A DNA stretch of 64,000 nucleotides, taken from assembly GCF_009914755.1 (NCBI RefSeq), contig NC_060931.1; one strand, 5' to 3'. Position 1 is the stretch's first letter. Each line of letters starts with the position of its first letter. The stretch is from the human T2T-CHM13v2.0 reference genome, Homo sapiens. The notes beneath the pieces are model-generated. The model was not told where the DNA came from. It saw only the letters and a list, made by a program, of their open reading frames with translations, and made no database searches. Below are positions 14,902 through 29,807 of the stretch, in pieces. The translations under genes and the position numbers were made by a program.

Positions 14902-17900
14902 TGCTCACTACTGCTGAATACATAATCTAAGCCCTGAAACATGGTTTCTAAAAGATTAATTTCTGCTCACAGAAGTATGGGTGAAAATTTTCCTAATGTG
15001 ACTTGACTTACCAAGTGAAGTTTATTAAACCTTGTCAGAAACCATCTGACTTGCTAAATACATACACACGCATACATACACACTTCTGAAATACAGTAAA
15101 AAATCTTTTCCGTTGAAAAAGAGGAAAGATTTTAGGGGAATAGATGAACAGTGTGTATTTTAAGTATCCCTCTACAGATTACATTTATGTGTATGTTTGG
15201 TTTGTAACAACAGCAGCCCAATAAATGTGACGAGACATATATTTCACTCAAATGTTGCTATGGAATCCTTTCCTGACTTGAAAATTAAATTTCTCCATCT
15301 GTTTGCATGACTTCGTGTTCATTGTAGTGCCAAGGGCCAGCTGATCTAACAAACATGCTGTAGAACAAATTCCTCAAACCAGAAAAAAAAACAAGCGTGA
15401 AGTAGAGCAAATAGCATGAGAAACCGTATATTTCTGAAAGATTCACTCTCCGAAAGCACATTAATGTTGATAAAACTGGTGGCTTTACTTAGGGATATAT
15501 TCTTACATGGGCAACTAATCATACAAACTTCTCAATAGTACAATGAACATGACCTGTGTAGGAAATGCTGTAAATCCAAATATTGAATAGCATTAAGATA
15601 CTAAAATAGGGGGATTTAACAGATAATTTAGACATGACTTGAGCTGATTTTAAAAGTACCAAGAAGAAAATAAACCTTATTAAAAATACTTAATGTATTC
15701 TATATAATTCTCTTTGTAAAACCAATTTGAAGATTTTTCAATAAAAACAGAAGATTGTGATACAGATGATGCATTCAATACTAATTTTAACTTATTTATA
15801 ATGTAATTCATGTTAGCAAGTTTCAGAATATTCAAACAAGCCTATTCCAATTAATTCCAATTATCTGAGTAATTTTATATTTATAGGATTATAATTACAA
15901 AACATCTAATTTATAAGTGTATCCACCCACATACATTTTGACACTAATATATAATTCTTAATTATTTACCTTAGCAAATTTGTACATTTATCAGAATAGT
16001 ATATAGAATAAATTACTGATAATTTTTTTTGAAAATTTAAAAAGTAACTTATGAAATATAGGCCACTGAAAAGTCTTTGAAAGTATTTTCCTTTAAAACA
16101 TTTAATCACTTTTTAAATTCATTTAATTAAATTCTGTTTCTAAAGAGAAACCAGCAGATGTTATTAGCTCACTGTGTTTATCCTCTTCAAATATATATTG
16201 TTCCCAAGTAGTTTTTTAGTTATTTGCTCATATCACATTTGTAGGGTTTGTTTTCTTCTCTGACTTGCAGGCAATTTTATTTAAGGACGAGTTTTCCTTC
16301 CCCTAGTACACTAAGAAGTTCTGAGAGCAAGAACATTATTGTGCCTTACCTGAATGTTTGTTAAAATGGCTTATCCATCTTTAAATTCTCCCACATTAGT
16401 TAACCTGTTATCTTATAATTAAGCATCTGTTTGCTGATTAGCTTTAACATATAGACTCATACTACATTTTCCCTTTGAAGCCATTATGCTTCAGGTACTT
16501 AGAATATAAAATTTTTAAAGAGGGTAGAAACTTGAACTTTAGCATCATTTGGAGAAAACACTATCTGATAAACAAAATAATAAATCTTACTTGAGAATTT
16601 TAGGTTCATGAAAACTAAGTAGTTATTTAAAAATTATTTTTTAGCAAACTATTACGATTAAAAGAGTCAATCCAGCTGTCTGAAAATATTCGGTAATAGA
16701 ATCATTCATTCTGATGAAACTGCTGACCTATTTTCTAGGCTTGATGAAGAATTTAACTGTAGTTCTCTATACTTATCATTATTTTTCTATCATAAAATTA
16801 TCTCAAAGTGCCCCAGAGATATGATGTAACTGATGCAAATAATTACTAGAAAGGAATTTAATAGAGTATTATAATCTTGAGAACAATTCAGCCTGAGCCA
16901 ATGTTTTCCAAAGTTTCAAGTTAAAGCTGTTCTAGACAAGTTAGGCTTCGGGTGCATTCTTGTATATTTGGAGGGCTTTCTTTGCGTCTTACTTTCTATG
17001 CCAACTCTCTCAGATCCCTCGGAAATAGAATCAGAGAGTCAGGCAACATAGAATGTTTTCATGTATTACCAAAAGACTGGTCTCACTGTAAAAAGGTCAT
17101 TTCCAAAAATAATAAGCATGGATAGCAAAGAAAAAATATTTTAAGGAGAGTGATTAAATAAATAGAAGAAGAATATTTGGTCAAAACTTTCTAGGATAAT
17201 AAATTAGCAATCATGCTATTTCTGTAAACATTAATAAAATCGTAACGTTTTTCAGATAGCCAAATATTTAATTCATTGGCCCCGATTTCCTTAATATTAT
17301 AATAAATAACTTGTTTTGTGTGCTCCAAAGTAGCAGTAAAAGTAGACTGGGTAAACATTTGCTGTATCTATTTCTGTAATACATCTCCCACATTATATAT
17401 ACAAGTTAAAGCTTCAAGACTGTGGTTAATTTTAAGCCTAGTCAAGATGGCAGCACACCCACATTCCCAGGCTTAAAATACAGCATCTTTCATAACTGCT
17501 TCTTCACACCTTACAGAATTCATATATACTTGCCGTCATATTAATAATATTTCTCCAACCAGGTTCTACTTACATCTGCCTCCAAAATTTGCTCATTTTT
17601 TAATGTTCTGATGTTATCCACCAGAACTGGATTTCTTCTTTAAAACACTGAGAAATTTGTTGCAGACAATAGATTTGAATGAGCTAGAATAACAGAAATG
17701 ACCTGCTAGCTCCTATAAAAACAAAATTTGTTTTCTTCAGATGAAAAACAAAAGCTAGACCAAGGATAACTCAGATTTCCTTCTTTTTACAGAGACTCTG
17801 AGACCATAGCAAATATAAGTAGTTGTAGGATGAGAATTAATTTTACCTAGCAGATATTAAAGGCTAAGCCTATTGGTCATAAAAACACGTTAGTGTAACA

Positions 17901-18449
17901 GAGTAAGAGGGCAATGAAGAAAGGGAAAAGTTGGGCTAAAATTTTATTTTCTTGGACATTTCTTGGAGAATGTGGGGACAGGCACTTTGCTGTTTTAGTT
18001 CTTGTTCAGCAACCTCCCCCACTGCCTTCTACTCTGCCACTACAACCAGTAAGCAGGGAGGGAATAAAGTGGAAGGGATCAAAAGGTCTTTGACTCTCAC
18101 TCCACACTAAGGGCATGCTATTGTACGTAAATGTCTTCAGGGCTGCACAGAGGGAGATGATATGTTTTCTTTGTAGGTTGAAGAGAACTTGATGCTAGAA
18201 AAGTGTTCTCAAAAGTTTGGGATAAAAAAACATATTTTTACAAATTGAATTATTAACAACTATGTGTTGAATATCTCTAGGTGTAAGGCACTAGAATTGC
18301 CACTGTGGATATACAGATGATTAAGACACTGCCTCTTATTCCAGATTACTCAGCTGGAGTCCAAGTTCCATTAATATAACAGTTATATAGATGACATGGA
18401 GAAAGTGCTTCTATAATAGTACAGTAAAAATATGTTTACTTGTTAATAT

Positions 18450-20012
18450 TACCCAAAGTGATCTACAGATTCAATACAATGCTTATTAAAATCTCAATGG
18501 CATTTTAACAGAAATAGAAAAAACAATTCTATAATTCACATGGAGCCACAAAAGATCATGAATAGCCAAATCAATCTTGAGAAAGAACAAAGCTGGAGGC
18601 ATCACACTTCCTGATTTCAAAATATATTACAAAGCTACAGTAATCAAGACAGCATGGTACTGGCATAAAGAAATACATATAGGCCAATAGAACAGAACAG
18701 CAAGCCCAGAAATAAATCCACACATATACAGTCAACTAACTTCAACAAAGGTGCAAAGAATTCACAATGGGGCAAGAATCTTATCTTCAGCAAATGGTGC
18801 TGCCAAATCTAGATATCCACAAATGAATAAACCTGGTTTCTGATCTTATGCACACAAAACCCCATTCAAAACAGCTTAAAGACTTAAAGGTAAGCCCTGA
18901 AACTGTAACACACCTAGAAAAAAACATAAGGGAAAAGCTGCATGACATTGATTTCATGAATGTGACACCAAAAGCACCAGCAACCAAAATGAAAAAGAAT
19001 AAGTGGGACTATATCAAACAACAACAACAAAAAAATCTGTACAGGAAAGGAAATTATCAATAGAGTTAAAGGCAACCTATGGAATAGGAGAAAGTATCTG
19101 CAAACCATTTGCCCGATAAGGAGTTAACATCCAAAATAAAGAACTCCTATAACTCAATAGTTTTAAACAAATCTGATTTTAAAATGGGCTAAGGACTTGA
19201 GCAGACATTTCTCCAAAGAAGAAAGAGAAATGGCCAATAGGTATATTAAAAAAAGTTCAACATCATTAGTCATTAAGGAAATATGCAAATCAAAACTACA
19301 ATGAAATATCACCTCATACTTGTTAGAATGGCCATTACAAACAAATAAACAAAAGACAAGTGTTGGCATGGACGTGGAGAAACTGGAACCATTACACACT
19401 TCATGGGCAGGCAAAATGCTGAAGTCACTACAAAAACAGTATGGAGATTCCTCAAAAAATTAAAAATAGAACTACCATATGATCCAGCATTCCTACTTCT
19501 GGGTATTTGCCCAGAAGAATTGAAATCAACATCTCAAAGGAATATGTGCATTCCTGTGTTTCTTGCAGCACTAATCACAATAGCCAAGATGTAGAAATGA
19601 TCTAAATGCCCATCAACAGATAAATGGGTAAAGAAAACATATATACATACCGTGGAATACTGTTCAGCCTTAAAAAAAAGAATATTCTGTAATATGCAAC
19701 TACATGGATGAACATTGAGGACATTATGCTAAGTTAAATAAGCTAGTCACAGGAAGATAAATACTGCATGGTTCCACTTATAGGAGGTATCTAAAATAGT
19801 CAAATTCATAGAATCAAAGAGTACAATGGCGATTGCCAAGGGGTGGAAGTAGGAGGAAATGGAAAATTACTAGTCATTGGGCATAAAGTTTTAATTAAGC
19901 AAGATGAAGAAGTTCTAGAGATCTGTCATATGCCATTGTCCCTAAATTCAACAGTACTGTATTGTACACTGAAAAATCTGTTAAGAGGGCAGATCTTAGG
20001 TGTTCTTACTAT
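18450..20012 (+). mobile_element. 5'-truncated L1 (L1MA9/L1MB1-like)
   Basis: ORF2 3' remnants (VWRFLKKLKIELPYDPAFLLLGICPEELKS) and 3' UTR gaagttctagagatctg...gtattgtacact...gttaagagggcagatctta. Confidence 0.9.
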
Positions 20013-21269
20013 AATAAGAGAGATACACATTTTTAATGTGAAAGGCTGCTTCAAAAAATGGCACAAGGACATGGATATGAAATGAATCTCCTCTGAGATG
20101 TAGACCTGTTCAGAGGGTATGGGGAGCTACAGCTACCTTACTTTCAATTTCAGATCCAAATCTACCATGATGAGTAGCTGCTCCCCCTACAATGGGCTAA
20201 TACTAAAGCACAGGGGACAATAAGGTGGAAACTAACAAAAATCAGTTATGGTTGTTAGCACACTGGTGCCCTACCAGCAAATCCTGCACTAGGAAGGCAA
20301 GGGGACCACTGAGTGTGCAACCACCTTATCCATTGGCATTGCCCCAGATAATAACATGAGGGCAAGACTTGTGAACTTGTGACTTGTGAACTACAGAGCT
20401 AATGGTTGTCACTGGTGTGTAAGTGGGTGGGCAACATGCATTTGGACTTAAGGTGATTGATAACTTCCTAAGGGGTAGGGAATGTTTAATGATGTTACAT
20501 GGGAAGTGCCATGGCAACCACGTTTATTCTAAATGGGGAATACACGCTAAGCTCAGATTTTAAGACAGTAATTCTTAAAATGTTTTTAAATGTCCTTCCC
20601 ATCAATAGAGAGTACAAAACAACAGTGATGCCAGCAGAGAAAAACACAGCCATGAAACAAAACACCCAGACCAGAGACACAGAACTGCTTCATATAGCCA
20701 TTTTCAGGCAAAGCAGGGAGCCAGTGTTTTGCCATGCATATTAGAGAAAAGGGAAGCCTCCTACTGACATAACCTAATACTTAGTACTGAAAGGCTATTC
20801 CTGAAAAGTACATGAGAGTAAGCAGTCTTAATGACTAGTAACTAGGGCTCTGAAGCTAGAAGAAAACATTCCAGTGGAACACATGGAGAAGAATCTAGTC
20901 TGAATGAGACTTCAGTTGCAGTCACTAGAAGTTATCATTAAGACTTGATGAGGAACAACTGATAACTGAACAAAATCTAGTGTGTACACTCAAAATGTGT
21001 TACGAATAGTTTGGTATAGTGTATCATTTCAATGACCAAATTATCATCTCATAAAACCCCAAGCAAAGCACCTAAGGGTTTAATGTAGTAATACCTGGAG
21101 CAAGAGGAAGACTCTACCTGAATATTATAATTAATGTTCTGTTCCCAGAATGAACAACAGGCCATCTGAATTCATTATGGAGTACTCTCTTAATGAGGCT
21201 CATTTCTGCGTTTTCTCAAATTAGTGTAAGAAATTAAGCATATGTAGAAAGATGATGAATTCAAATATG

Positions 21270-21490
21270 AAGTGAGATTTCAATTCAACAAACACTGAGC
21301 TATGAGTAGGATGCTGTGCTAAATACTGTGGTTTCACAGATGAAACAAATCCCTTGCTCCAAATGCAAGGTAAGTCCACAAGCAAAGATATGCCATGTGA
21401 TGAAACAGGTGCCATAATAGAAACAGAAATCAGAGCACAGTATGGGTATGCGTAGGCTCATGATCAATGATTAGGGAGAGCTCAAAGAAA
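21270..21490 (-). mobile_element. L2 fragment
   Basis: ttcaattcaacaaacactgagc...ctgtgctaaatactg...cagatgaaac...tcccttgctcc. Confidence 0.55.
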
Positions 21491-22769
21491 GTATGGGTTC
21501 CAAAGAGAGTACAAATAATAATTTTCCTGCTCAGCAGTACTTGTAGGCAGGAGATGCTTTCTTCTTGTTTTGTTCCTTACTGATTAGCAATAATGAAACT
21601 CTGCAGCTTTAGATATAAAATATTTATTGAGAGTCAGTACATGGAATAGCACAGATGTCATGAATTAAATACATTATTGAGAACACAAAGTATCAGAAAG
21701 CTAGAAGGCTAGCCACCCAGCCCAGACTGTCTGTCTCAGTAAGGTTAGATTAGTTTCAGTAAAGATATAACAAGTCCTCTGATTTTGACTGAGGAGCCCC
21801 TATCTAGCAGCACATATAGCTATATATGTGCCTATTTCCTCCTTGTAGTCCATGAGCTACTTGAAGGCAATAACTACATTATGCAGCAGAGTGCATGGCA
21901 TTTAGAATGTGTTCAGTATTTGAATACTGAATGAATCAATGAATAATTCTATACTGAAAGCACCACTCTCTCCCCCAAAAATAATTAATAATGATTTTTA
22001 AAGCCCTTCAAGGTCTTCTACAGCCCTTCAAGGATCTGTCACAACTTCTAGGAATCAGGACATTCATCCGCGTGATGGATGTAAGTGAAAGGTCCACTGC
22101 CAATGTTAGCACATTTCCTAGTTGTTTGACCTTTAAGAATTTAAGACTACTCAGGAAAAGCCTGGAAATAAAAGGATCATAGTCTTCAAGATACTCATGA
22201 AGTCACCACTTCATTCTAACATAAGCACTGCCTACAGAAAAAGAAAAGACATGAGAGATAATAATGGAACAGCTGTAAAATCTCTTTCTGGAGACAACTA
22301 ATCAAGCTATAGCTCATCTTGGGTTCTATGTTAATCTTATATACAGCCAAAGCAAGTATACGGAAATTAGTTAACCCCATGAATATCACTATTTTTATTC
22401 CATTGTCCTCCAAACAAATTTTTTCACTGCATTTGATATGTACAAACATGTGAAGTTTAAAAAATGTCATCTGTCCAGTCTCTTGTAGAGGAAATAATGT
22501 GAACTGAAATAGCTAAAGGACAAAAGAAGTAAGAGGAAGAGAAACATACCTGAAAGAATCTAAGTTACTGACAAACCCCCAGGAACATTTCAATATGACT
22601 GTATTAGCCAGACCTATGATAGAGGACTAGTTTGGTTTTGATATTAAATTGCCATTGTCCAAACTCCAGTGATCCACAGTTAACCTGAGATGGACACCTG
22701 TTGGTGTTTGGTTGTTTAAGACTTAGGCCTGGTTTCTAAGCACATCACAAATTTCTTTCTGGGAGTTAC

Positions 22770-23120
22770 TTCAACTTTGGATATAATCTGGAGAGGCCCT
22801 GAATCCAGTTCCCTGACTTTTTCCAGCCAAGGGGCAGCCATGTGATCCCAGCTTGGTCAATTAAATACCTGCCTGGAATTTAAATCCTGAGCAGAGTGCC
22901 TAAGAGACTAAAATGGCTGGGGTTCATCCATTTCATCACTGTCATCCTGACCAGCTGGCTCCTGCTGCAAGAGAACACCTGTTGTTCCTGCTTCCTGCTC
23001 TCTGGAGGTAACCTGGTTCCTGACCATGTTCACATCTGGTCCCATAGTCATCTTGTAAGTTCTATGCTCTCCTAGTGGCCTTCTAATAAACTGCCTTTCC
23101 TTTAAGTTACTTAGGCTTTT
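22770..23120 (+). mobile_element. Old ERVL LTR (LTR33-like)
   Basis: gccatgtgatcccagcttggtcaatt...aatcctgagc...gttcctg...ttctaataaactgcctttcctttaagtta. Confidence 0.55.
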
Positions 23121-23538
23121 TTGGATATGTGCAGGGCAGGTGTGGCTGGTACTTGCTGCCCTCCTGAGAAGAGTTAGTGTAAGGGGTTACAGCAGAGGTT
23201 CCTGTTCTCATGTTACTTTAAAACCTGGCAGCCTGAGTCTACCAATGAGCATCTGTAAACCATGCTGGGGTATGCCTGCCTAATTCTCTTTTCCTATTTT
23301 CCTTTTCTATCTCTCTCCCAAGTAAGGCCCAGTTAAAGAAGAATGCTAGGCAAGGACAGTATGGGAAAACTGGGGAAAAGACCACCTTAATTTCTTTCTG
23401 CAATCTGCCTTAAACGCAAGCAAAAGTCAGTCATTACATAAAAGCTACTGTTGAGCAACTCTTTCCAAAATAATGTTTACTACCATGATCAATGACACTG
23501 AAAACCGACAGTTAATAGAATAACTTTGAGAGAGAGTG

Positions 23539-23818
<280 letters not shown>

Positions 23819-25287
23819 TTGAAAGTGAATGGAACATACAGACTGAAAATATATCTGCATATTGTATTCTTGAAACAGAAAATTTGAGCATTAGGAAATT
23901 TATAGCCAATACAAACACACACACAAAAACTCACTTAGCAAACAAAATGAATCCCAGACAACTGTAGCACTTTCACACTTGGGAACCTGGTTTGCAGTCT
24001 CATGAGTAGAAAAGCATATGAAAATAATAATTAAAATATGTTAGAGACAAGTGTCAACAAACCTAGCTATAAATATCCTCAGTGAGAACATTAAATTTCC
24101 TTTGGGAAATTATTGAGAGTGGATTGTACCAGTAAGAATGGAAAAGATCAAATTAAGAAATGGAGGCAACATTTCAGAAAGTAATGCAATCCCAGGAGTC
24201 CCTCAATATTATTATAGCCTTACTGGCATTCCTGAGACACAATAGGCTGGAAAAGACCTTGGATGGATGAGAATACTGATGCCCTTCAATACCCAGAGCA
24301 AGAGTGCCATCCTCTCTCATTACTCACCAACCTTACAGCAACACTTTTCCAGTACCACTGAGAATTGACAGCACTTTAAATGCTCAGAATTTCCCCTCCC
24401 AGCAATATAACAGACTACACATTCTGAAATCCAACTAAACACCTAAACATTCTGGAAAAATACAAAAGCCATGATTATAAAAGAATAGCTAAGCTATAAG
24501 TAACTAAAAGGGAAATATCAGAGGATAACGGTAGAGTGAAAACACTAATCCCAAAAGGCTACATTCTCTGTATGACATCCCCCCACCTTGCAAAGAAAAT
24601 CCAAAGCCAACAAATTAATTTAAAGCAATTCTGTTTCCCTTAGAAACAAACTTAAATCTTCTACAAAGATATGCACCCTCATAGCAGACCTTACAGAATT
24701 CATACAGATAAAGTCCCAACAAATATAATTTCATAATTTTTAAAAAATTTGAATTACATGAAAAAGACATCATGAGAAAGAACCAGCAGAATACACTGCA
24801 CAGACCTGCCAAGACTTCCTATGTTGGAATACTAAAATCAAAATATAAATTAAGTGTGCTATTAAAAGATTACTGAGGGACTTGAATACTTAAGCAAAGA
24901 GCATGAAACTATGAAAAATGAAGCCAATTTGAAAAAGAACCAAATAGAACTTCCTGAAAAAAATGATTTAAATGAAAAAATGTATTGGACAAGTAAACAA
25001 GTTAATAAGACACAGGTAAAAAGATTAATAGAGAACTAGAAGCCAAAGTTGAACAAACTACCACACTGGAACAGAGACCAAAAAAGAGAGAGAAATACAT
25101 TTAAAAAGGTTGAGAATCATAAAGGATACAAATAAAGGACTAACATTTATAATAGGACCTCTAGAAAGACACAACTGTGAAGATGAGGGAGAAATGATAC
25201 ATAAAGAAATAGTGCCTAAGAATTCTTCAGAATAGATGAAATACACAAATTCATAGACTCAGGAAACAAAACAAATAAGCAGGATTC

Positions 25288-25288
<1 letters not shown>

Positions 25289-25340
<52 letters not shown>
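25289..25340. repeat. (AC)26 perfect microsatellite
   Basis: 52 nt of uninterrupted AC. Confidence 0.98.
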
Positions 25341-25345
<5 letters not shown>

Positions 25346-25939
25346 CCAAGACACACACTACGGTGAAATTTCAGAAATCCAAAGGCAACGAAAAAACCTC
25401 AGAGCCAGACAAAGCAGTGTGGTGGATAAAGAGAAGGAAAGATGAAAAAGGAAGGACAAAGTAGGAAGAAAGAATAGAAAATGGAAGGAGGATTATAGAA
25501 AAGAACGGAGAAAGACAAAGGAGAGAAAAAAAAAATACTTGAACAAACAGGAAAGCCAGACTCTCCTTAGGGGTAAATGCGGCTAACAACCTGAGGATGC
25601 TTTTGAGGTACAGCTAGCTGAACCTGAAATCCTGACATTAAGCTGAAAGGCTAATGTGTTTCCAGACTGGTAGTGCTTCTGACTCCTGATAGCAAAATAA
25701 AATCCTCCCTAAGATAGGTCTCAGGATTTCAAAATACTAAGTTCAATCTATTATAACCACATAAATAATATTCCCAAACACCTAGAAACACTAGCCACCA
25801 CAAAGGAAAATCAGTAGAACAAGAGATCAAGGTGCCCAAGAACTGCAGATAATATAATTATCAGATATTAATGTAAAACTACTATCTCTGAAATGGTTAA
25901 AAAAGTAAGTGTGGTAACAAAAATGATAAAGGAACGTAT

Positions 25940-26292
25940 AATGAAATATTATTTGACTTTAAAAAGAAGGAAATTCTGGTGCATGCTACAACATGATAAG
26001 CCTCGACTTTGCTAAATGAAGTAAGCCACTCACAAAAAGACAAATACCTCACTTATGTGAGGTACCTAGAGTATTCAAAATTATAGAGGCAGAAAGTAGA
26101 ATGGCGACAGGAGCTGGAGGAGAGGAGATTTGTTTAATGGGTCTAGCATTTCGGTGCTGCCAAATGAAGAGTTCTGGAGATTGGTTGCCTGACAATGTGA
26201 ATGTACTTAACACAACTGACGGGTGTACTTAAAAAGATTTTAAAATGGTGAATTTTATCCTATGTGTATTTTATCACAGTTAATTTTTTTTT
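25940..26292 (+). mobile_element. L1MB 3' UTR fragment
   Basis: aaaaagaaggaaattctg...catgctacaacatg...gagttctggagattggttgc...aatgtgaatgtacttaa...aaaatggtgaatttta. Confidence 0.8.
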
Positions 26293-27336
26293 TAATCACA
26301 AAGGATAAGATGTCACAAAAGTGACCAGGCAGATGTACAAAATAATAAATGAAACTTCTGAAAATAAAAAATGAAATCATTTTACTTTACAAATTTTTTT
26401 AACTCAATATATAAGATAAACATATTAGACACAGCTAAAGAGAGTATTATTTTAGAAAGCAGAATTGAATAAGTTGCCCATATTACAGCACGAGCAGAGG
26501 GAAAATATAAAAGAGAAGTCATAAAAAAAATAACGCACTGGTTTAAATTAGTCTAGTTTGGGTTTCAAATGGAGGAGAGACAATTTTCAAAAAAGTAATG
26601 GCTGAGATTTTTCTGTAATTGATGAAAGACTTGAATTCACTGATGTAGGAACCACAATATATATCAAGAAGGTTGAATAATAAGAAATATACACCAAGAC
26701 ATATTAAGATAAAACTACAGACTTCTAAAGATAAGATTGTTTACAGCAGTATCTCCTGTAATCACACAAAATTCAAAACAATCCAAAGGGATAAAAAATT
26801 GTAACACTCACATAATTTGGAATACTGTTGGCATTGAAAACAATCACATTGAATAAATCTCATAAACATAACATTAAGTGAAAATTAGTATGAAATTAAT
26901 TATATGAGGTTTAAAAATATTTAAAGTTATGTAACAATTTAGAAGGAGTTTACCTATTATTTTCTATTATTTTATCTCTCTGTGCAGCATGATAGATAAT
27001 TTATTTTGACCTAATTTCCAGGTCATTATTTGCCCTTTAGCTGCACCATGTGCAGCTATTGAGTTTTAAACTTCGGTTATTTGTTTTGCTGTTTCTATAA
27101 GTTGTATTTGGTTTCTTTTTAAGTCTTAAATGTCCCTTTTTGGGTTTCCTATTCTCTGTAGATTTGATCAAGCTTATTTTTCATTTCTTTAAAAATGGTA
27201 AGCATACTTTACAGTTATTTTATAGTCTGTATCTGGTAATTCCAACATCTGAACTTTTTGAGGATCTGGTTTTGTTGTTGATGTAGCTACTGCTTCTTGC
27301 TCTTGGGGTCTAGTTTTCTTGTGTGATTGGTCATCT

Positions 27337-27445
27337 TTTGTTGAGACAGGATGTTGCTCTGTTGCTCAGGCTGAGTACAGTGACATGATCATGGCTCACT
27401 GCAGCCTCAGCTTCCTGGGCTCAAGTGATCTTCCTGCCCAAAGTT
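27337..27445 (-). mobile_element. Alu monomer fragment (FRAM/AluJ arm)
   Basis: ttgagacaggatgttgctctgttgctcaggctg...ctcactgcagcctc...ctgggctcaagtgatc. Confidence 0.85.
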
Positions 27446-27574
27446 CCAGGCTAGCAAATAGTAGTTCTAAGACCAGAATCTAGGCCACCTATCTCTCTAA
27501 TAAATGCTCCTGAGTACTGGGTTACTCTCCCTCTCTTTTGTATGTATGTAATATCCCATTTCATAATAAAAAGA

Positions 27575-27710
27575 AGTCAGCCATGGTGGCTCATGCCTGT
27601 AGTCCCAAGTTCTCAGGAGGCAAAGGCAGAAGGAATGCTTGAGCTCAGGTGTTTGAGTCCTGTCTGGGCAACACAGAGAGACCCTATCTTTAAAAAATAT
27701 ATAAAAGAAT
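27575..27710 (+). mobile_element. FLAM monomer
   Basis: catggtggctcatgcctgtagtccc...ctgggcaacacagagagaccctatct then A-rich tail. Confidence 0.85.
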
Positions 27711-28206
27711 ATACAAAGAACTGAAAAGGAGAAAAATGCTTGGCACTAATACCCTAAGGACTAATGCCATTAAAACTATTTTGCAAGAAGATTAAATATA
27801 CGTATGTAGCTATATATGTGTCATTGTAATGAAAAATAACATCAAAAAGTTAATAATCATTTGCCTGTGTTACTTTTACTGTCTTCCCATTTTTCTTCAT
27901 TTTTCCCAATTGTCTGCAGTGAACATGTATTACTTTTAAACTCAAGGGAAGAAAATAATACTATTTTAAAATACTCTTGCCCACAGCTTTTTTATTTAAT
28001 TGCATATCCTAAATCACATGGTAAACTGCATAGTCTAATTATATCTTGCCTGGGAGATAAAAGACAATTTTGAGTATTGCTGTGATCCAAAAAGGGCCTT
28101 CACTGTGTATCCAAGGGCAAATAGCGTTTCAAATTTCAATAGAAAATGTTAAGGGCTAGTAAAGAGTTGCTTTGAGCTGGTCTTAACATTGGCTTTGACC
28201 ATTTTT

Positions 28207-28512
<306 letters not shown>

Positions 28513-28965
28513 TGCCTTGACCATTTTTTACATGGCTTTAGGGTAATCTCATCCTATCTAGGGCAGACAGGTATGCTGGGCTCCTCTGTCTATAGCCACC
28601 CCATTAAATAAGGAGAGATACAGATGGACTGTTATGCAACAATCAATAAATAGACTTCACAGTGCAGAGATTAGTTGCCTGACTAGCAAGTTTAGACAAA
28701 CAGTCCTTAAATGGGAGTGTGAGGCTCCTGCTGACATTCAGGAAAGCATCTGAGGCTGTGAAGGGGTGCATGGTAACTTCAAATTGTGTGGTGCTAAACC
28801 CACAGAGTCACAGAAGATCTGCATCAGTTTTGCTTTCCGGAGGAGGGAGATTTTGCTTTCCAGAGGAACAGAGATTTTTTTTTTTTTTGAATGTAGAAAA
28901 AAACTCTTTAGAAACAGGTAAAGGTAGAGTTTGGTAGCATTATCCAGTCAAGGAAACACTAACAA

Positions 28966-29290
<325 letters not shown>

Positions 29291-29574
29291 ACCCTAAACT
29301 AACAGGGCAATCTGTAGAGGTACCCTGGCATCTAAGTACTAGCACTGAGTCTCCAGATTAAGCAAGGACAGGAACAGCAGGCTCTGCTCAGAGCAGCCCA
29401 AGTTTAGTATCACTTTTCTTAAAAGCTTAATATACCAAAAACACCCCATATTGACTCTGTAAAGTAATTACCCCCAAATTACCCACTATCAATTTCTAGG
29501 AAAACAACCAGAAAAGCACTGTGGAACACTCACATTTCAATGACCTCTCTCATCACCTGCTCCCCTTCTTTCAT

Positions 29575-29720
29575 TTACTAGTTTGTGAATTGGAGGAAAT
29601 CACTAACTTTCCCTAAGCTTCAGTTCCCAAAGGGATATAATTATACTTGCCTCACAGTGCTGTTGTGAAAATGAAATGACACAGTGGCTGTAATGCCCAC
29701 CACAGTGTCCTGCAGAGGCT
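29575..29720 (+). mobile_element. MIR
   Basis: tttactagtttgtgaattggaggaaatcactaac...gcctcacagtgctgttgtgaaaatgaaatga. Confidence 0.65.
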
Positions 29721-29768
29721 CTGGAAGTGTGTTCCAATGTAGTCCCATCTATTCAACCACTGAGTCAC

Positions 29769-29807
29769 ACCACACACACACACACGCTCTCACACACACA
29801 CACACAC
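29769..29807. repeat. Imperfect (CA)n
   Basis: Two CA runs separated by gctct. Confidence 0.9.

Larger units (their letters stand above)
24420..26920 (+). mobile_element. Very old L1M/HAL1 ORF1-region fragments
   Basis: A-rich degenerate ORF1-like motifs occurring twice (aaaaagaaccaaatagaacttc; attagacacagctaaagagag; aaagtaatggctgagatttttc). Confidence 0.55.
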
